64,000 bases of DNA from positions 1 to 64,000 of the forward strand of contig JAPSGB010000001.1 in the NCBI GenBank assembly GCA_035063585.1, given 5' to 3'. The DNA is from Polyangiaceae bacterium. GTDB lineage: Bacteria; Myxococcota_A; Polyangia; Polyangiales; Polyangiaceae. The notes beneath the pieces were generated by a model. That model did not search any database, was not told the DNA's origin, and saw only the letters and a program-made list of their open reading frames with translations. The position numbers and the translations under genes are program-made. Below, one piece after another: positions 9,213 through 18,414 of this stretch. Position 1 is the stretch's first letter. Each line of letters begins with the position of its first letter.

Positions 9213-10010
9213 ATGCACCTCGCCGACGGCGTCCTCACCGAGCCCGCGGTGGTGCTCGCGCTCGACGCGGTCGGGCTGGGAGCGGTAGCGCTCGCGCTCC
9301 GGCGCGGGTTCGACCGGAGCGCGCGCGGGCTCGCCTGGACCGGGACGCTCGCCGCGTTCGTGCTCGCGGTGCAGGCGCTCAACGTGCCGCTCGTGCCCGG
9401 CGCGAGCGCGCACGCGATCGGCACCGCGCTGCTGGTCTTGTGCCTCGGCCCCGCGCGCGCGGTGGTGGCGCTCACCGCCGTGCTGCTCGTCCAGGCGCTG
9501 CTGCTCGGCGACGGCGGCCTCACCGTGCTCGGGCTCAACGTGCTCGACATGGCGGTCCTTCCCGCGCTCGTGACCTGGGGGCTCGCGCGCGCGCTCGGCG
9601 CGTCGCGCGACCGGCTCGCATGGGCCGGATTTCTCGGCGCGTGGCTCGGCACCACGCTCGGCGCGGCGGGCCTCGCGACAGCGCTCGTGCTCGGCGCGGG
9701 CGCGCCCGCGCGGCTCACCTTCGCGTGGCTGGTCGGCGCGCAGTCGCTCGCCGGGCTCGCCGAGGGCGTGCTCACCGCGCTCGCCGTCCGCGAGCTGGTG
9801 CGGCGCGCGCCGCGGCTCGTGGGGCTCGGCGCGGCGCGGCGCGACGCGCCCGAGGCGCTCGACGCGCAGTCGGCCGCGCCCGGCGCGGTCACCCACCGCG
9901 GTCTCGGCTGGCTCGCGGCGGTGCTGGTCGTCACGGTGCTGCTCGTGCCGCTGGCGAGCACCTCGCCCGACGCGCTCGAGATCGTGCTGCACCACCTGCG
10001 CGCCCGGTGA
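9213..10010 (+). CDS. cbiM: ECF Ni/Co transporter S component CbiM/NikM fused to short PDGLE (NikN-like) domain
   Basis: Metal-binding N-terminus MHLADG, GASAHAIG, QALLLGDGGLTVLGLN; C-terminal PLASTSPDALE. Confidence 0.85.
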   Translation: MHLADGVLTEPAVVLALDAVGLGAVALALRRGFDRSARGLAWTGTLAAFVLAVQALNVPLVPGASAHAIGTALLVLCLGPARAVVALTAVLLVQALLLGDGGLTVLGLNVLDMAVLPALVTWGLARALGASRDRLAWAGFLGAWLGTTLGAAGLATALVLGAGAPARLTFAWLVGAQSLAGLAEGVLTALAVRELVRRAPRLVGLGAARRDAPEALDAQSAAPGAVTHRGLGWLAAVLVVTVLLVPLASTSPDALEIVLHHLRAR

Positions 10011-10657
10011 TCGTGAGCGCGCGTCGAGCAGGACCGGCCGGGAAGCTGCTCGCGGGCGCGGTGCTCGTGGTGGGCCTCGCGACCGCACCGGCAAGCCCGC
10101 GCGCGCTCACGGCGAACGCGCTCGTCTCGATGGCGGTGGTCATCGCGACGCGGCCCAAGCTCGGCGTGCTCGCGCGGCGCGGGCTGCCGGCGCTCGGCGT
10201 CATCCTCGCGCTGCTCTTGCCGTCGCTGCTGGCCGGCGAGCGAGCGCGGGCGCTCCTCGTCGGCGGGCGCGCGCTGACGGCCACGCTCGCCGCGCTCGCG
10301 GTCGCCTCGACCCTCGCCGCGCACGAGGTGCCGGGTGCGCTCGGCGCGCTCGGCGTGCCAGGCGCGCTCGCCAGCGTGACCGCGACCATGCTGCGCCAGC
10401 TCGGCGCGGTGCGCGACGAGGGCCGACGCCTCGCGCTCGCGCGCGAGCTGCGCGGCGCGCGCGGCGCGGGGTTCGGCGCGGGGACGGTCGCCGCGCTCTT
10501 GGTTCGCACCGCCGAGCGAGCGGAGCGCGTCGAGCTCGCCGCGCGGCTGCGCGGCTCGACGCCGCGTGGCGAGGCCGGGCGCGCGCGGCTCCGCGCGGCG
10601 GACGCGCTCTTGGTGCTCGCCGGCGCGGCGGGCGGGGCGCTCGCACACCTCGCGTGA
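10007..10657 (+). CDS. cbiQ: ECF transporter T component CbiQ/NikQ
   Basis: GTGA overlap with cbiM; ARELRG and ERAERVELAARLRG coupling helices. Confidence 0.8.
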   Translation: MIVSARRAGPAGKLLAGAVLVVGLATAPASPRALTANALVSMAVVIATRPKLGVLARRGLPALGVILALLLPSLLAGERARALLVGGRALTATLAALAVASTLAAHEVPGALGALGVPGALASVTATMLRQLGAVRDEGRRLALARELRGARGAGFGAGTVAALLVRTAERAERVELAARLRGSTPRGEAGRARLRAADALLVLAGAAGGALAHLA

Positions 10658-10660
10658 TCG

Positions 10661-11383
10661 ATGGCGCTCGCGGTTCACATCGAGGCGCTCGAGGTCTGGC
10701 GCGAGAGCGCCGCCTCCGAGCCGCGCCGCGTGCTCGAGGGGTTCTCGCTCGAGATCGCGCCGCGCGAGCGGGTCGCGCTGGTCGGCCCGAACGGCGCGGG
10801 CAAGACCTCGCTGCTGCTCGCGCTGGTCGGGGCGGCCCCGTTCAAGGGTCGAATCACCCTCGGCGAGCGCAGGCTCGAGCGCGCGACCCTGGCCGAGCTG
10901 CGGCGTGAGGTGGGGTTCGTGTTCGCGGAGCCGGGCGATCAGCTCTTCCTGCCGACCGTCGGCGAGGAGGTCGCCTTCGGGCCGCGCGTGCGCGGTGTGC
11001 CGGAGGCAGAGCTCGACGAGCGGGTGCGCGCGGCGCTCACGCGGGTCGGGCTCGAGGGCTTCGAGGCGCGCGCGCCCGGCGAGCTCAGCCTCGGCGAGCA
11101 GCGCAGGCTCGCCTTCGCGACGGTGCTCTCCTACGCGCCAGGCCTGGTGCTCGCCGACGAGCCGACCGCGAGCCTCGACCCTTTGGCGCGGCGCGAGCTG
11201 CTCCGCACCCTGGCGCGCATCGACGCCACCCTCGTGTTCGCGACCCACGATCTCGAGGGCGCGCGGGCGGTGGGCGCGCGGATCGTGCTCATGCGCGGCG
11301 GGCGGCTCATCGCCACCGGCCCCGCCGACGAGCTCATGGCCGATCGCGCGCTCCTCGTCCGGGCCGGGCTCGAGGCGCCGTGA
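10661..11383 (+). CDS. cbiO: ECF transporter ATPase CbiO/NikO
   Basis: GPNGAGKT, DQLFLPTVGEEVAFGP, LSLGEQ, LADEPT, ATHD. Confidence 0.88.
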   Translation: MALAVHIEALEVWRESAASEPRRVLEGFSLEIAPRERVALVGPNGAGKTSLLLALVGAAPFKGRITLGERRLERATLAELRREVGFVFAEPGDQLFLPTVGEEVAFGPRVRGVPEAELDERVRAALTRVGLEGFEARAPGELSLGEQRRLAFATVLSYAPGLVLADEPTASLDPLARRELLRTLARIDATLVFATHDLEGARAVGARIVLMRGGRLIATGPADELMADRALLVRAGLEAP

Positions 11384-11410
11384 GCCGCCGGATTTTGCTA
11401 TAGGGTCGCC

Positions 11411-12355
11411 ATGCGCCGCCGCCCTCTCGGCAAGACCGGGCTCCGCGTCACCGAGCTCGCCCTCGGGACGTGGGGGCTGTCCGGCGACGGCTACGGACCG
11501 GTGACGGAGATGGAGCAAGAGCTCGTCATCGAGCGCGCGCGAGCGGTGGGCATCCGGCTCTTCGACACCGCGGACAGCTACGCGCACGGCGCCATGGAGC
11601 GGCGGCTCGGCGCACGGCTCGGCAAGGACGAGACCGCGCTCATCGTGACGCGCATCGGCACCGATCGCGACCATCCCATCCCCCGCAAGCGCTTCGACGT
11701 CGAGTTTCTCCGCGCCGCCTTCGACGGGTGCCGCGAGCGGCTCGGCCGCGACGTCCTCGACGTGGTGCTCTTGCACAACCCGTCCACCGCGACGCTCGAG
11801 GCCGGACACGCCACCGGCCTCATGAGCGAGCTCGTCTCCACCGGCAAGCTGACGGCCTGGGGCGCGAGCGTGGGCTCGGTGGACGCGGGCCGCGCGGCGC
11901 TCGGGCGCGGCGCGCAGGTGCTCTCACTCCCCTATAACGTCTTCCACCAGACGGACTTCATCGATCTGGGCGACGAGCTCGAGCGGCACGAGGCCGGGGT
12001 CCTCGCGCACTCGGCGCTCGCTTATGGGCTCCTCTGCGGGCACTGGTCGGCGGACAAGATCTTTCCGGATTTCGACCACCGCTCGGAGCGCTGGACGGGC
12101 GACGAGCTCCGCCGGCGAGTCCGGCAGCTCGACGCGGTGCGCCCGCTGGTCGGCGGTCCGGTGGCGAGCCTGCGCGCCGCGGCGCTCCGCTTCGTGCTCT
12201 CGAACGAGCGCATCGCCTCGTGCGCGATCGGCCCGCGGAGCACGCTCCAGCTCGATCAGTTGGTGCGAGAGGCGGGCCGCGAGCCGCCGTATTTCGCCGA
12301 CGGCAAGCTGACCGCCCTCAGGAATCGCCTCCGCGACGTGGGAGTGCCCGCGTGA
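11411..12355 (+). CDS. Aldo/keto reductase
   Basis: LGKTGLRVTELALGTW, FDTADSY, LLHNP. Confidence 0.88.
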   Translation: MRRRPLGKTGLRVTELALGTWGLSGDGYGPVTEMEQELVIERARAVGIRLFDTADSYAHGAMERRLGARLGKDETALIVTRIGTDRDHPIPRKRFDVEFLRAAFDGCRERLGRDVLDVVLLHNPSTATLEAGHATGLMSELVSTGKLTAWGASVGSVDAGRAALGRGAQVLSLPYNVFHQTDFIDLGDELERHEAGVLAHSALAYGLLCGHWSADKIFPDFDHRSERWTGDELRRRVRQLDAVRPLVGGPVASLRAAALRFVLSNERIASCAIGPRSTLQLDQLVREAGREPPYFADGKLTALRNRLRDVGVPA

Positions 12356-13176
12356 GCGAACCGACCCTCGCGCGGCTCATCGAGATTGCGGCGGAGGCCG
12401 CGGCCATCGTGAAGGACGTGTACTCGGCGCCCTTCGAGGTCGACTACAAGGCGCCGAAGGATCCGGTCACGGTCGCCGATCGGCGCGCCAACGCGCTCAT
12501 CTGCGCTCGGCTCGCCGAGGCATACCCGGGGATCCCGGTCGTGGCCGAGGAGAGCGACCCGGCCTCGTTCGCCGGCTACCGCGACGCCGAGCGGGTCTTC
12601 TTCGTCGATCCGCTCGACGGCACGCGGGAATTCGTCGACCGCAACGGCGAGTTCGCGGTGATGATCGGCCTGCTCGACGGCGAGCACGCGACGCTCGGCG
12701 TGATCCACGCGCCCGCCACCGACACGGTGTACGCGGGCGCGGTCGGAGACGGGGCGTTCCGCATCGACCCGAGCGGGGCGCGCGCGCCGGTGCGGGTGAG
12801 CGAGGTCGCCCGGCTCGGCGAGGCGCGCATCGTGGCCTCCCGTTCGCATCGCTCGGAGAAGATGCAGCGCGCGCTCGAGTTGCTCGGCGTGGGCGAGGTC
12901 ATCGCGCTCGGCAGCGCGGGGCTCAAGGGCGTGGCGGTGGCGAGCGCGGCGGCCGAGGCGTACGTGACGCCCGGCTACGCCGGCAAGCGCTGGGACGCCT
13001 GCGCCGCCGACGCGCTGGTCCGCGCCGCGGGCGGACGCTTCACCGACGCCCACGGCCTCCCGATCGCCTATCGCGGTGAGAAGCTCGCCAACAACCGGGG
13101 CGTGCTCGCGTGCAACGCCCGGCTCCAGGGCGCGCTGCTCGAGCGCCTCGCGAAGCTCCGCGCCGAGCTCGGCTGA
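12352..13176 (+). CDS. cysQ: 3'(2'),5'-bisphosphate nucleotidase / inositol monophosphatase family
   Basis: PVTVAD, AEES, FVDPLDGTREF, SRSH, WDACA. Confidence 0.85.
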   Translation: MSEPTLARLIEIAAEAAAIVKDVYSAPFEVDYKAPKDPVTVADRRANALICARLAEAYPGIPVVAEESDPASFAGYRDAERVFFVDPLDGTREFVDRNGEFAVMIGLLDGEHATLGVIHAPATDTVYAGAVGDGAFRIDPSGARAPVRVSEVARLGEARIVASRSHRSEKMQRALELLGVGEVIALGSAGLKGVAVASAAAEAYVTPGYAGKRWDACAADALVRAAGGRFTDAHGLPIAYRGEKLANNRGVLACNARLQGALLERLAKLRAELG

Positions 13177-13249
13177 CCGGGCCGCACGCTGCCGCGCCGC
13201 CCCGACATCCCCCGGCGGCCGACCCCGAGTCGGTGTATCGTCCGCGGCG

Positions 13250-14398
13250 ATGCGCGAGAGTGCGGAGATCGTGATCATCGGCGCGGGGATCATGGGGCTC
13301 AGCATCGCCTACAACCTCGCGCGACATCACGGCAAGCAGCGCATCGTCGTCGTGGACGCCTCCTATCTCTGCGGCGGCGCGAGCGGGCGAAACGGCGGCG
13401 GTGTGCGCGCGCAGTGGTCGAGCGAGACCAACGTGCGGCTCATGCAGGAGAGCCTCGAGCTCTGCCACCATTTCGCCAAGGAACACCGCATCAACACCTG
13501 GTTTCGTGAGGGCGGCTATCTGTTCCTCGCACGCAGTGAGGAGCACCGGCGCGAGCTCGAGAAGAGCGTGGCGCTCCAGAACGAGTGCGGGCTCGTGACC
13601 CGGCTGCTCGAGCCTCGCGAGATCTCCAAGGTAGTGCCCGAGCTCTCCCTCGATGGTGTAATCGTCGCGAGCCATAACCCGTACGACGCGGTGGTGTTTC
13701 CGTGGCCGTTCGTGTGGGGCTACGCGGAGGGCGCGCGCGCGCTCGGCGTCGAGATCATGACGTTCACCCGCGTGACCGCCATCGAGACGCGCGGCCGCGC
13801 GATCACGGCGGTGGTCACCGAGCGCGGGCGCATCGAGACCAGCGTGGTCGTGAACGCGGCCGGCGCGTGGAGCCCCGAGATCGCGAGGTTGGTCGGCGTC
13901 GAGCTGCCCACCCACCCGCACCGCCACGAGATCTGCTCGAGCGAGCCATTGAAGCCGTGGCTCGGCCCGCTGGTCGCCGACCTCTCGGACGGGCTCTACT
14001 TCTCGCAGTCCACCCGCGGGGAACTCGTCGGGGGGATCGGCAACGAGCGGGTCCCTGCGGGCCCGAACCAGGACTCCTCGGTCCGCTTCCTCGCGCTCTA
14101 CTCCCGCGCGCTCCTCCGCGCCTGCCCCGTCCTCGGCGCGGTCCGCGTGCTCCGGCAGTGGGCCGGGCTCTACGACATCAGCCCCGATCAGAACCCGATC
14201 GTGGGCTCGGTCGACGCGCTCGACGGCTTCTTCCTCGCGAGCGGCTTCATGGGCCACGGCTTCATGATGGCCCCGGTGATGGGCAAGCTCATCGCCCAGC
14301 ACATCGCGGAGGCGGTCACCCTGCCCCTCTTCAAGCGCTGGAATCTCCGGCGTTTCGCCGCCGGGGAGTTGCTGAGCGAGGGCATGATCATCGGGTAG
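13250..14398 (+). CDS. FAD-dependent oxidoreductase (DAO / sarcosine oxidase beta-like)
   Basis: IIGAGIMG, GASGRNGGG, VNAAGAW, SPDQNPIVG, GFMGHGFM. Confidence 0.88.
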   Translation: MRESAEIVIIGAGIMGLSIAYNLARHHGKQRIVVVDASYLCGGASGRNGGGVRAQWSSETNVRLMQESLELCHHFAKEHRINTWFREGGYLFLARSEEHRRELEKSVALQNECGLVTRLLEPREISKVVPELSLDGVIVASHNPYDAVVFPWPFVWGYAEGARALGVEIMTFTRVTAIETRGRAITAVVTERGRIETSVVVNAAGAWSPEIARLVGVELPTHPHRHEICSSEPLKPWLGPLVADLSDGLYFSQSTRGELVGGIGNERVPAGPNQDSSVRFLALYSRALLRACPVLGAVRVLRQWAGLYDISPDQNPIVGSVDALDGFFLASGFMGHGFMMAPVMGKLIAQHIAEAVTLPLFKRWNLRRFAAGELLSEGMIIG

Positions 14399-14487
14399 GG
14401 TGGTCGGTCCGGCGCGGAATCAGCCGGAAACGCCGCGGTGGGAGCCCGCGGAACCCGCTGTCGCCGGGCCTCGACGCGGAAGCCGCG

Positions 14488-14517
14488 TTGACAGCGCCGC
14501 GCGGGCCGTCCTACGGT
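14488..14517 (+). promoter_or_regulatory. Sigma70-type promoter
   Basis: TTGACA-18 nt-TACGGT about 100 nt upstream of the 14621 start (SD GGAGG). Confidence 0.6.
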
Positions 14518-14620
14518 CGCCAGGCGTCGGGAAACCAGAGGATTCGCGCACATTTCGCGATCCCGAGGGCCCCGAAGCCGTCGGTCCTGGCTCTCCGCCG
14601 TTTCGGGAGGAAATCTGAAA

Positions 14621-16378
14621 ATGTTCCGCTCCTCGCGCACGATCGCCTCGCTCATCCGCACCTTGACGCTCGGGACCGCCGCCACGGTGGCCACCGCGAC
14701 GCTGGCGACCACCGTCATGGGCTGTAAGGACGAGAGCCAGCCCGACTACTGGATCGAGAAGCTCGACGACGCCTCGTGGCGCCCGCGCGCCATCAAGCGC
14801 CTCGAGCAGTTCTTCGAGGACGCCTCCACGAAGGCGGGCGGAGACAACTCGAAGGACGAGGTCCAGAAGCTCCTCACCAAGATCATCGAGCCGCTGACCA
14901 AGTGCTACGTCGACCGCTACTCCGAGCTCGACACGAAGACCCGCGTCTCGCTCATCAAGTTGCTCGCGGCGTTCAAGGACAAGCGCACGGAGCCCGCGCT
15001 CAAGAAGGCCTTCGACGAGTACGCCAAGCGCCCGCCGAGCAGCAAGGATGACCAGGACATCAAGTGGGCCGCGTCCGCGCAAGCGAGCCTCAAGCTGCCG
15101 ACGTTGGGCGACTCGCTGCTGCAGGCCTTCCTCAAGTTCCAGACCCACACCATGCTCGGTGGCGTCTCGTACCGCGACATGAACGAGGCGATGGTCGCGG
15201 CTCCGCAGAAGAACTGGGCCGGCCCGCTGGCGACCCTCCTCGCGGCGCCGATGGAGATCCCGAAGACCAACAAGGAAACGGACAAGATCGACGCGTACCG
15301 CGACCAGCAGTTCTGGCAGACGACCGCGGCGCTGGTGCTCGGTGACCTCCGCGCTTCCGAGGCGGTCGAGCCGCTGCTCAAGGTCATGCTGGATCCGGCC
15401 AAGGCCGACGTGCAGACGACCGCGGTGCTCGCGCTGACCAAGATCGGCAAGCCGGCGGAGCTCGCCGCGATCAAGCTCTTGAAGGGCGAAGACGACGGTC
15501 TCAAGGCGTACGCGCTCCGACGCATCAAGGAGGTCTCGGGCGCCAAGGAGGATTCGAAAGACGAGCCGTACGTGGCGACTGCGGCGCTGGTGCTCGGCAC
15601 CATTGGCCTCGGCGAGGCCGTGCAGCCGATGATCGACGCGCTCAAGGGGACCAAGATCGCCGCCAACAAGGCCATCATCGCGCGCGAGCTCACCAAGCTT
15701 CCGCCGACCCCGGAGAGCAAGCAGGCCTTCAAGGAGGCTTACGAGTCGACCTCGCTCGACACCAACATCCCCCCTGGAGTGAACGCGCTCCAGATGCTCA
15801 CGGAAGCCGTGGTCGCGTTCTACGACCCGACCATGGTCGACTGGCTGCTCGAGCGCGCCGCCCAGACCAAGGGCAGCGGCGAGGACCTCAAGGCGCTGCA
15901 GGACGCCATCGTGATCTCGGCGCTCAAGCTGGCGAAGCCCGATCAGCTCGAGGCCGTCAAGAAGGCGGTCGACGCCTACGGCACGCAAATCGAGAAGGAC
16001 GCCTACGCGCTCACCGACAAGATGCTGAAGGCGTGCGGCGACAGGGTGAGCTGCTACCTCGATGCTGTCGAGAAGAGCGAGAACCAGGAACAGAAGACGC
16101 AGTTCTCCGGGATCAAGGCCGGCTACATGATCGGCATCCTGGGCAACGAGCAGTCGGTGGACGGCATCATCGAGCGCCTCGACGACATCGACAACGCGGC
16201 CATCCGCTACGTCGTGTCGCAAGTCATCGACCACCTGCTCCCGAAGGGCTCGACCGCCGTCGCGGACAAGCTCGACGCCATCATCCAGAAGAACGCCAAG
16301 TCGGCGGACGTCGGCAAGAGCGCGGGGGACGCGCCGGTAAAGCAGGTGATGTACCGGATCCGCATGCGCGCGGAGTGA
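14621..16378 (+). CDS. HEAT/ARM-repeat lipoprotein
   Basis: Lipobox VMGC, repeats AALVLGDLRASEAVEPLL / AALVLGTIGLGEAVQPMI; strongly biased codon usage. Confidence 0.7.
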   Translation: MFRSSRTIASLIRTLTLGTAATVATATLATTVMGCKDESQPDYWIEKLDDASWRPRAIKRLEQFFEDASTKAGGDNSKDEVQKLLTKIIEPLTKCYVDRYSELDTKTRVSLIKLLAAFKDKRTEPALKKAFDEYAKRPPSSKDDQDIKWAASAQASLKLPTLGDSLLQAFLKFQTHTMLGGVSYRDMNEAMVAAPQKNWAGPLATLLAAPMEIPKTNKETDKIDAYRDQQFWQTTAALVLGDLRASEAVEPLLKVMLDPAKADVQTTAVLALTKIGKPAELAAIKLLKGEDDGLKAYALRRIKEVSGAKEDSKDEPYVATAALVLGTIGLGEAVQPMIDALKGTKIAANKAIIARELTKLPPTPESKQAFKEAYESTSLDTNIPPGVNALQMLTEAVVAFYDPTMVDWLLERAAQTKGSGEDLKALQDAIVISALKLAKPDQLEAVKKAVDAYGTQIEKDAYALTDKMLKACGDRVSCYLDAVEKSENQEQKTQFSGIKAGYMIGILGNEQSVDGIIERLDDIDNAAIRYVVSQVIDHLLPKGSTAVADKLDAIIQKNAKSADVGKSAGDAPVKQVMYRIRMRAE

Positions 16379-16420
16379 GTCGGAGCGCGCCCACGGCGCG
16401 GCCGGCTGGCACCGATCTCG

Positions 16421-18358
16421 ATGGTTCGAGTCCGAATCGAAGTCCTGAACGGCGCGGCCCGAGGCCGCGTCGTCGAGGCTGACGGAGACACCACGCTCCT
16501 CGGGCGCTCCCCGAGCGCAGGATTGATGCTCCCCGAGGTCTTCGTCTCGGGCGAGCACGCGCGCATCTTGGCGGCGGGAGAAGAGGCGGTGCTCGAGGAT
16601 CTCTCGAGCACCAACGGCTCATCGATCGTGCGAGGCGAGGCGCGGCTCCGTCTGGGCTCCGCGGCGCCTCGCGCGTTCCTCGAGAGCGGAGACATCGTCG
16701 AGCTGGGAGGCGATGGTGACGAGGGCGCGCGGCTCGCGATCACCATCGACGACCAGCCGCCCGCCGAGCGCGTGGTGGCGCTGCGTCCCGTCGCGGAGCT
16801 CACGGGGCACGCGACGGCCGTCGAGCAGCACACCGACACGCTGAAGCTGCTCTATCAGTTGGAAAAGAGGATCGGCGCCGCGACCGAGCTCGACGCGGTG
16901 CTCGGCGCAATCGCGGATGCGGCGCTCGCGCTCCTACCGCGCGCGACTCACGTCACGCTGGTGCTGGGCGACGAGCGCGAGGCTGCCGAGCCGGCGTTCG
17001 CCCCGGTGGTCACTCGCGTGCGCGGGCCGGACGGCTCTGCGCGCGCGCCCGACGGCCCCATCCCGTTCGCGCGGAGCGTGTTCCGAACCGTGATCCACGA
17101 GCGCGCTGCCGTGCTCGCCGCAGACGCCCCGAGCGAGGCGTTCTCGTCCGAGTCCCTCCTCGGCGCGAGCATTCGAAGCACGGTCGGCGTGCCGCTCCTC
17201 AAGGGTGACCAGATCCTCGGCGTGATCCAGGTCGACAACCGCGACGCGCCTCGAATGTTCGACACCGGGGACGTCGATCGGCTCGGCGTGCTCGCCGCCA
17301 ACGCCTCGCTGGCGGTGGACAAGGCGCGGCTCATCCGCCGGCTCTTCGCCGCCGAAGAGCAGCTCTCCCAGGAGAATCGCTACCTCAAGGGTCGCGAGCG
17401 CGCGCGCGCCGGCGGGGTCGAGATCATCGGGCGGAGCCGAGTCATGCGCGAGCTCCTCGAGCAACTCGAGAAGGTCGCCGACGCGCGCATCACGGTGTTC
17501 ATCGAAGGCGAGACGGGCACCGGCAAGGAGCTGGTCGCCTCGGCCGTTCACTTCCGCTCGCACCGCCGCGACCAGCTCTTCGTCGCCCAAAATTGCGCGG
17601 CCTTGCCCGAGAACCTGCTCGAGAGCGAGCTCTTCGGACACGTCCGCGGCGCGTTCACCGGCGCCACCGAACAGAGGAAGGGCCTCTTCGAGCTCGCGGA
17701 TCGTGGAACGCTCTTCCTCGACGAGGTCACCGAGATGCCGCTCGCCCTCCAGGCGAAGCTCCTGCGCGCGCTGCAGGAGGGTGAGATCCGCCCGGTCGGC
17801 GCCGCGCACGAGAAACGTGTCGACGTGCGGATCGTCGCGGCCTCGAACCGGAACCTGGAAGCTGAGGTCAAGGCCGGGCGCTTTCGCGAGGATCTCTACT
17901 ATCGCCTGAAGGTGTTCCCGCTCCGGGTACCGCCGCTTCGCGAGCGCCGCGACGACGTCGCGCTCCTCGCCGAGCATTTCCTGGCACGCTACGCGAAGGA
18001 GTTCGGAAAGCCGGTCGCCGGCTTCACCCAGGCGGCGACCGAGGCCCTCGCCACCTACGACTGGCCGGGCAACGTGCGCGAGCTCGAGAACGAGGTACAG
18101 CGCGCGGTGATCGGGGTGGAGCCCGGCGGGTTCATCGAGGCCGAGACGCTGAGCCCACGCCTGCGTACGACGGAGGGGCTGGTCGGCCGAGCAGGCGTGG
18201 TGAGGGGGACGCTCAAGGAGATGGTCGAGCAGGTCGAGCGACACCTGCTCATCGAGGCGCTCCGCGAACATGGGAACAACAAGACCCTCACCGCGAAGAC
18301 CCTGGGGATCACCCGTGAGGGGCTCCACAAGAAGCTCCGTCAGCTGAAGCTCGGCTGA
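16421..18358 (+). CDS. Sigma54 enhancer-binding protein, FHA-GAF-AAA+-HTH
   Basis: FHA motifs LGRS, VSGEHA, DLSSTNGS; GAF; GETGTGKE, GAFTGA, WPGNVREL; Fis HTH. Confidence 0.92.
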   Translation: MVRVRIEVLNGAARGRVVEADGDTTLLGRSPSAGLMLPEVFVSGEHARILAAGEEAVLEDLSSTNGSSIVRGEARLRLGSAAPRAFLESGDIVELGGDGDEGARLAITIDDQPPAERVVALRPVAELTGHATAVEQHTDTLKLLYQLEKRIGAATELDAVLGAIADAALALLPRATHVTLVLGDEREAAEPAFAPVVTRVRGPDGSARAPDGPIPFARSVFRTVIHERAAVLAADAPSEAFSSESLLGASIRSTVGVPLLKGDQILGVIQVDNRDAPRMFDTGDVDRLGVLAANASLAVDKARLIRRLFAAEEQLSQENRYLKGRERARAGGVEIIGRSRVMRELLEQLEKVADARITVFIEGETGTGKELVASAVHFRSHRRDQLFVAQNCAALPENLLESELFGHVRGAFTGATEQRKGLFELADRGTLFLDEVTEMPLALQAKLLRALQEGEIRPVGAAHEKRVDVRIVAASNRNLEAEVKAGRFREDLYYRLKVFPLRVPPLRERRDDVALLAEHFLARYAKEFGKPVAGFTQAATEALATYDWPGNVRELENEVQRAVIGVEPGGFIEAETLSPRLRTTEGLVGRAGVVRGTLKEMVEQVERHLLIEALREHGNNKTLTAKTLGITREGLHKKLRQLKLG

Positions 18359-18414
18359 GCTCGAGGCGAGTGGCGGCGGCGCGCGCGCGCGCGCCGGGCC
18401 ATCGCTCCCCCTGG

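Noticed and set aside
8984..11809. 941-aa minus-strand ORF and similar long Arg/Ala-rich ORFs throughout
   Set aside because: High-GC antisense or alternate-frame shadows of well-supported genes
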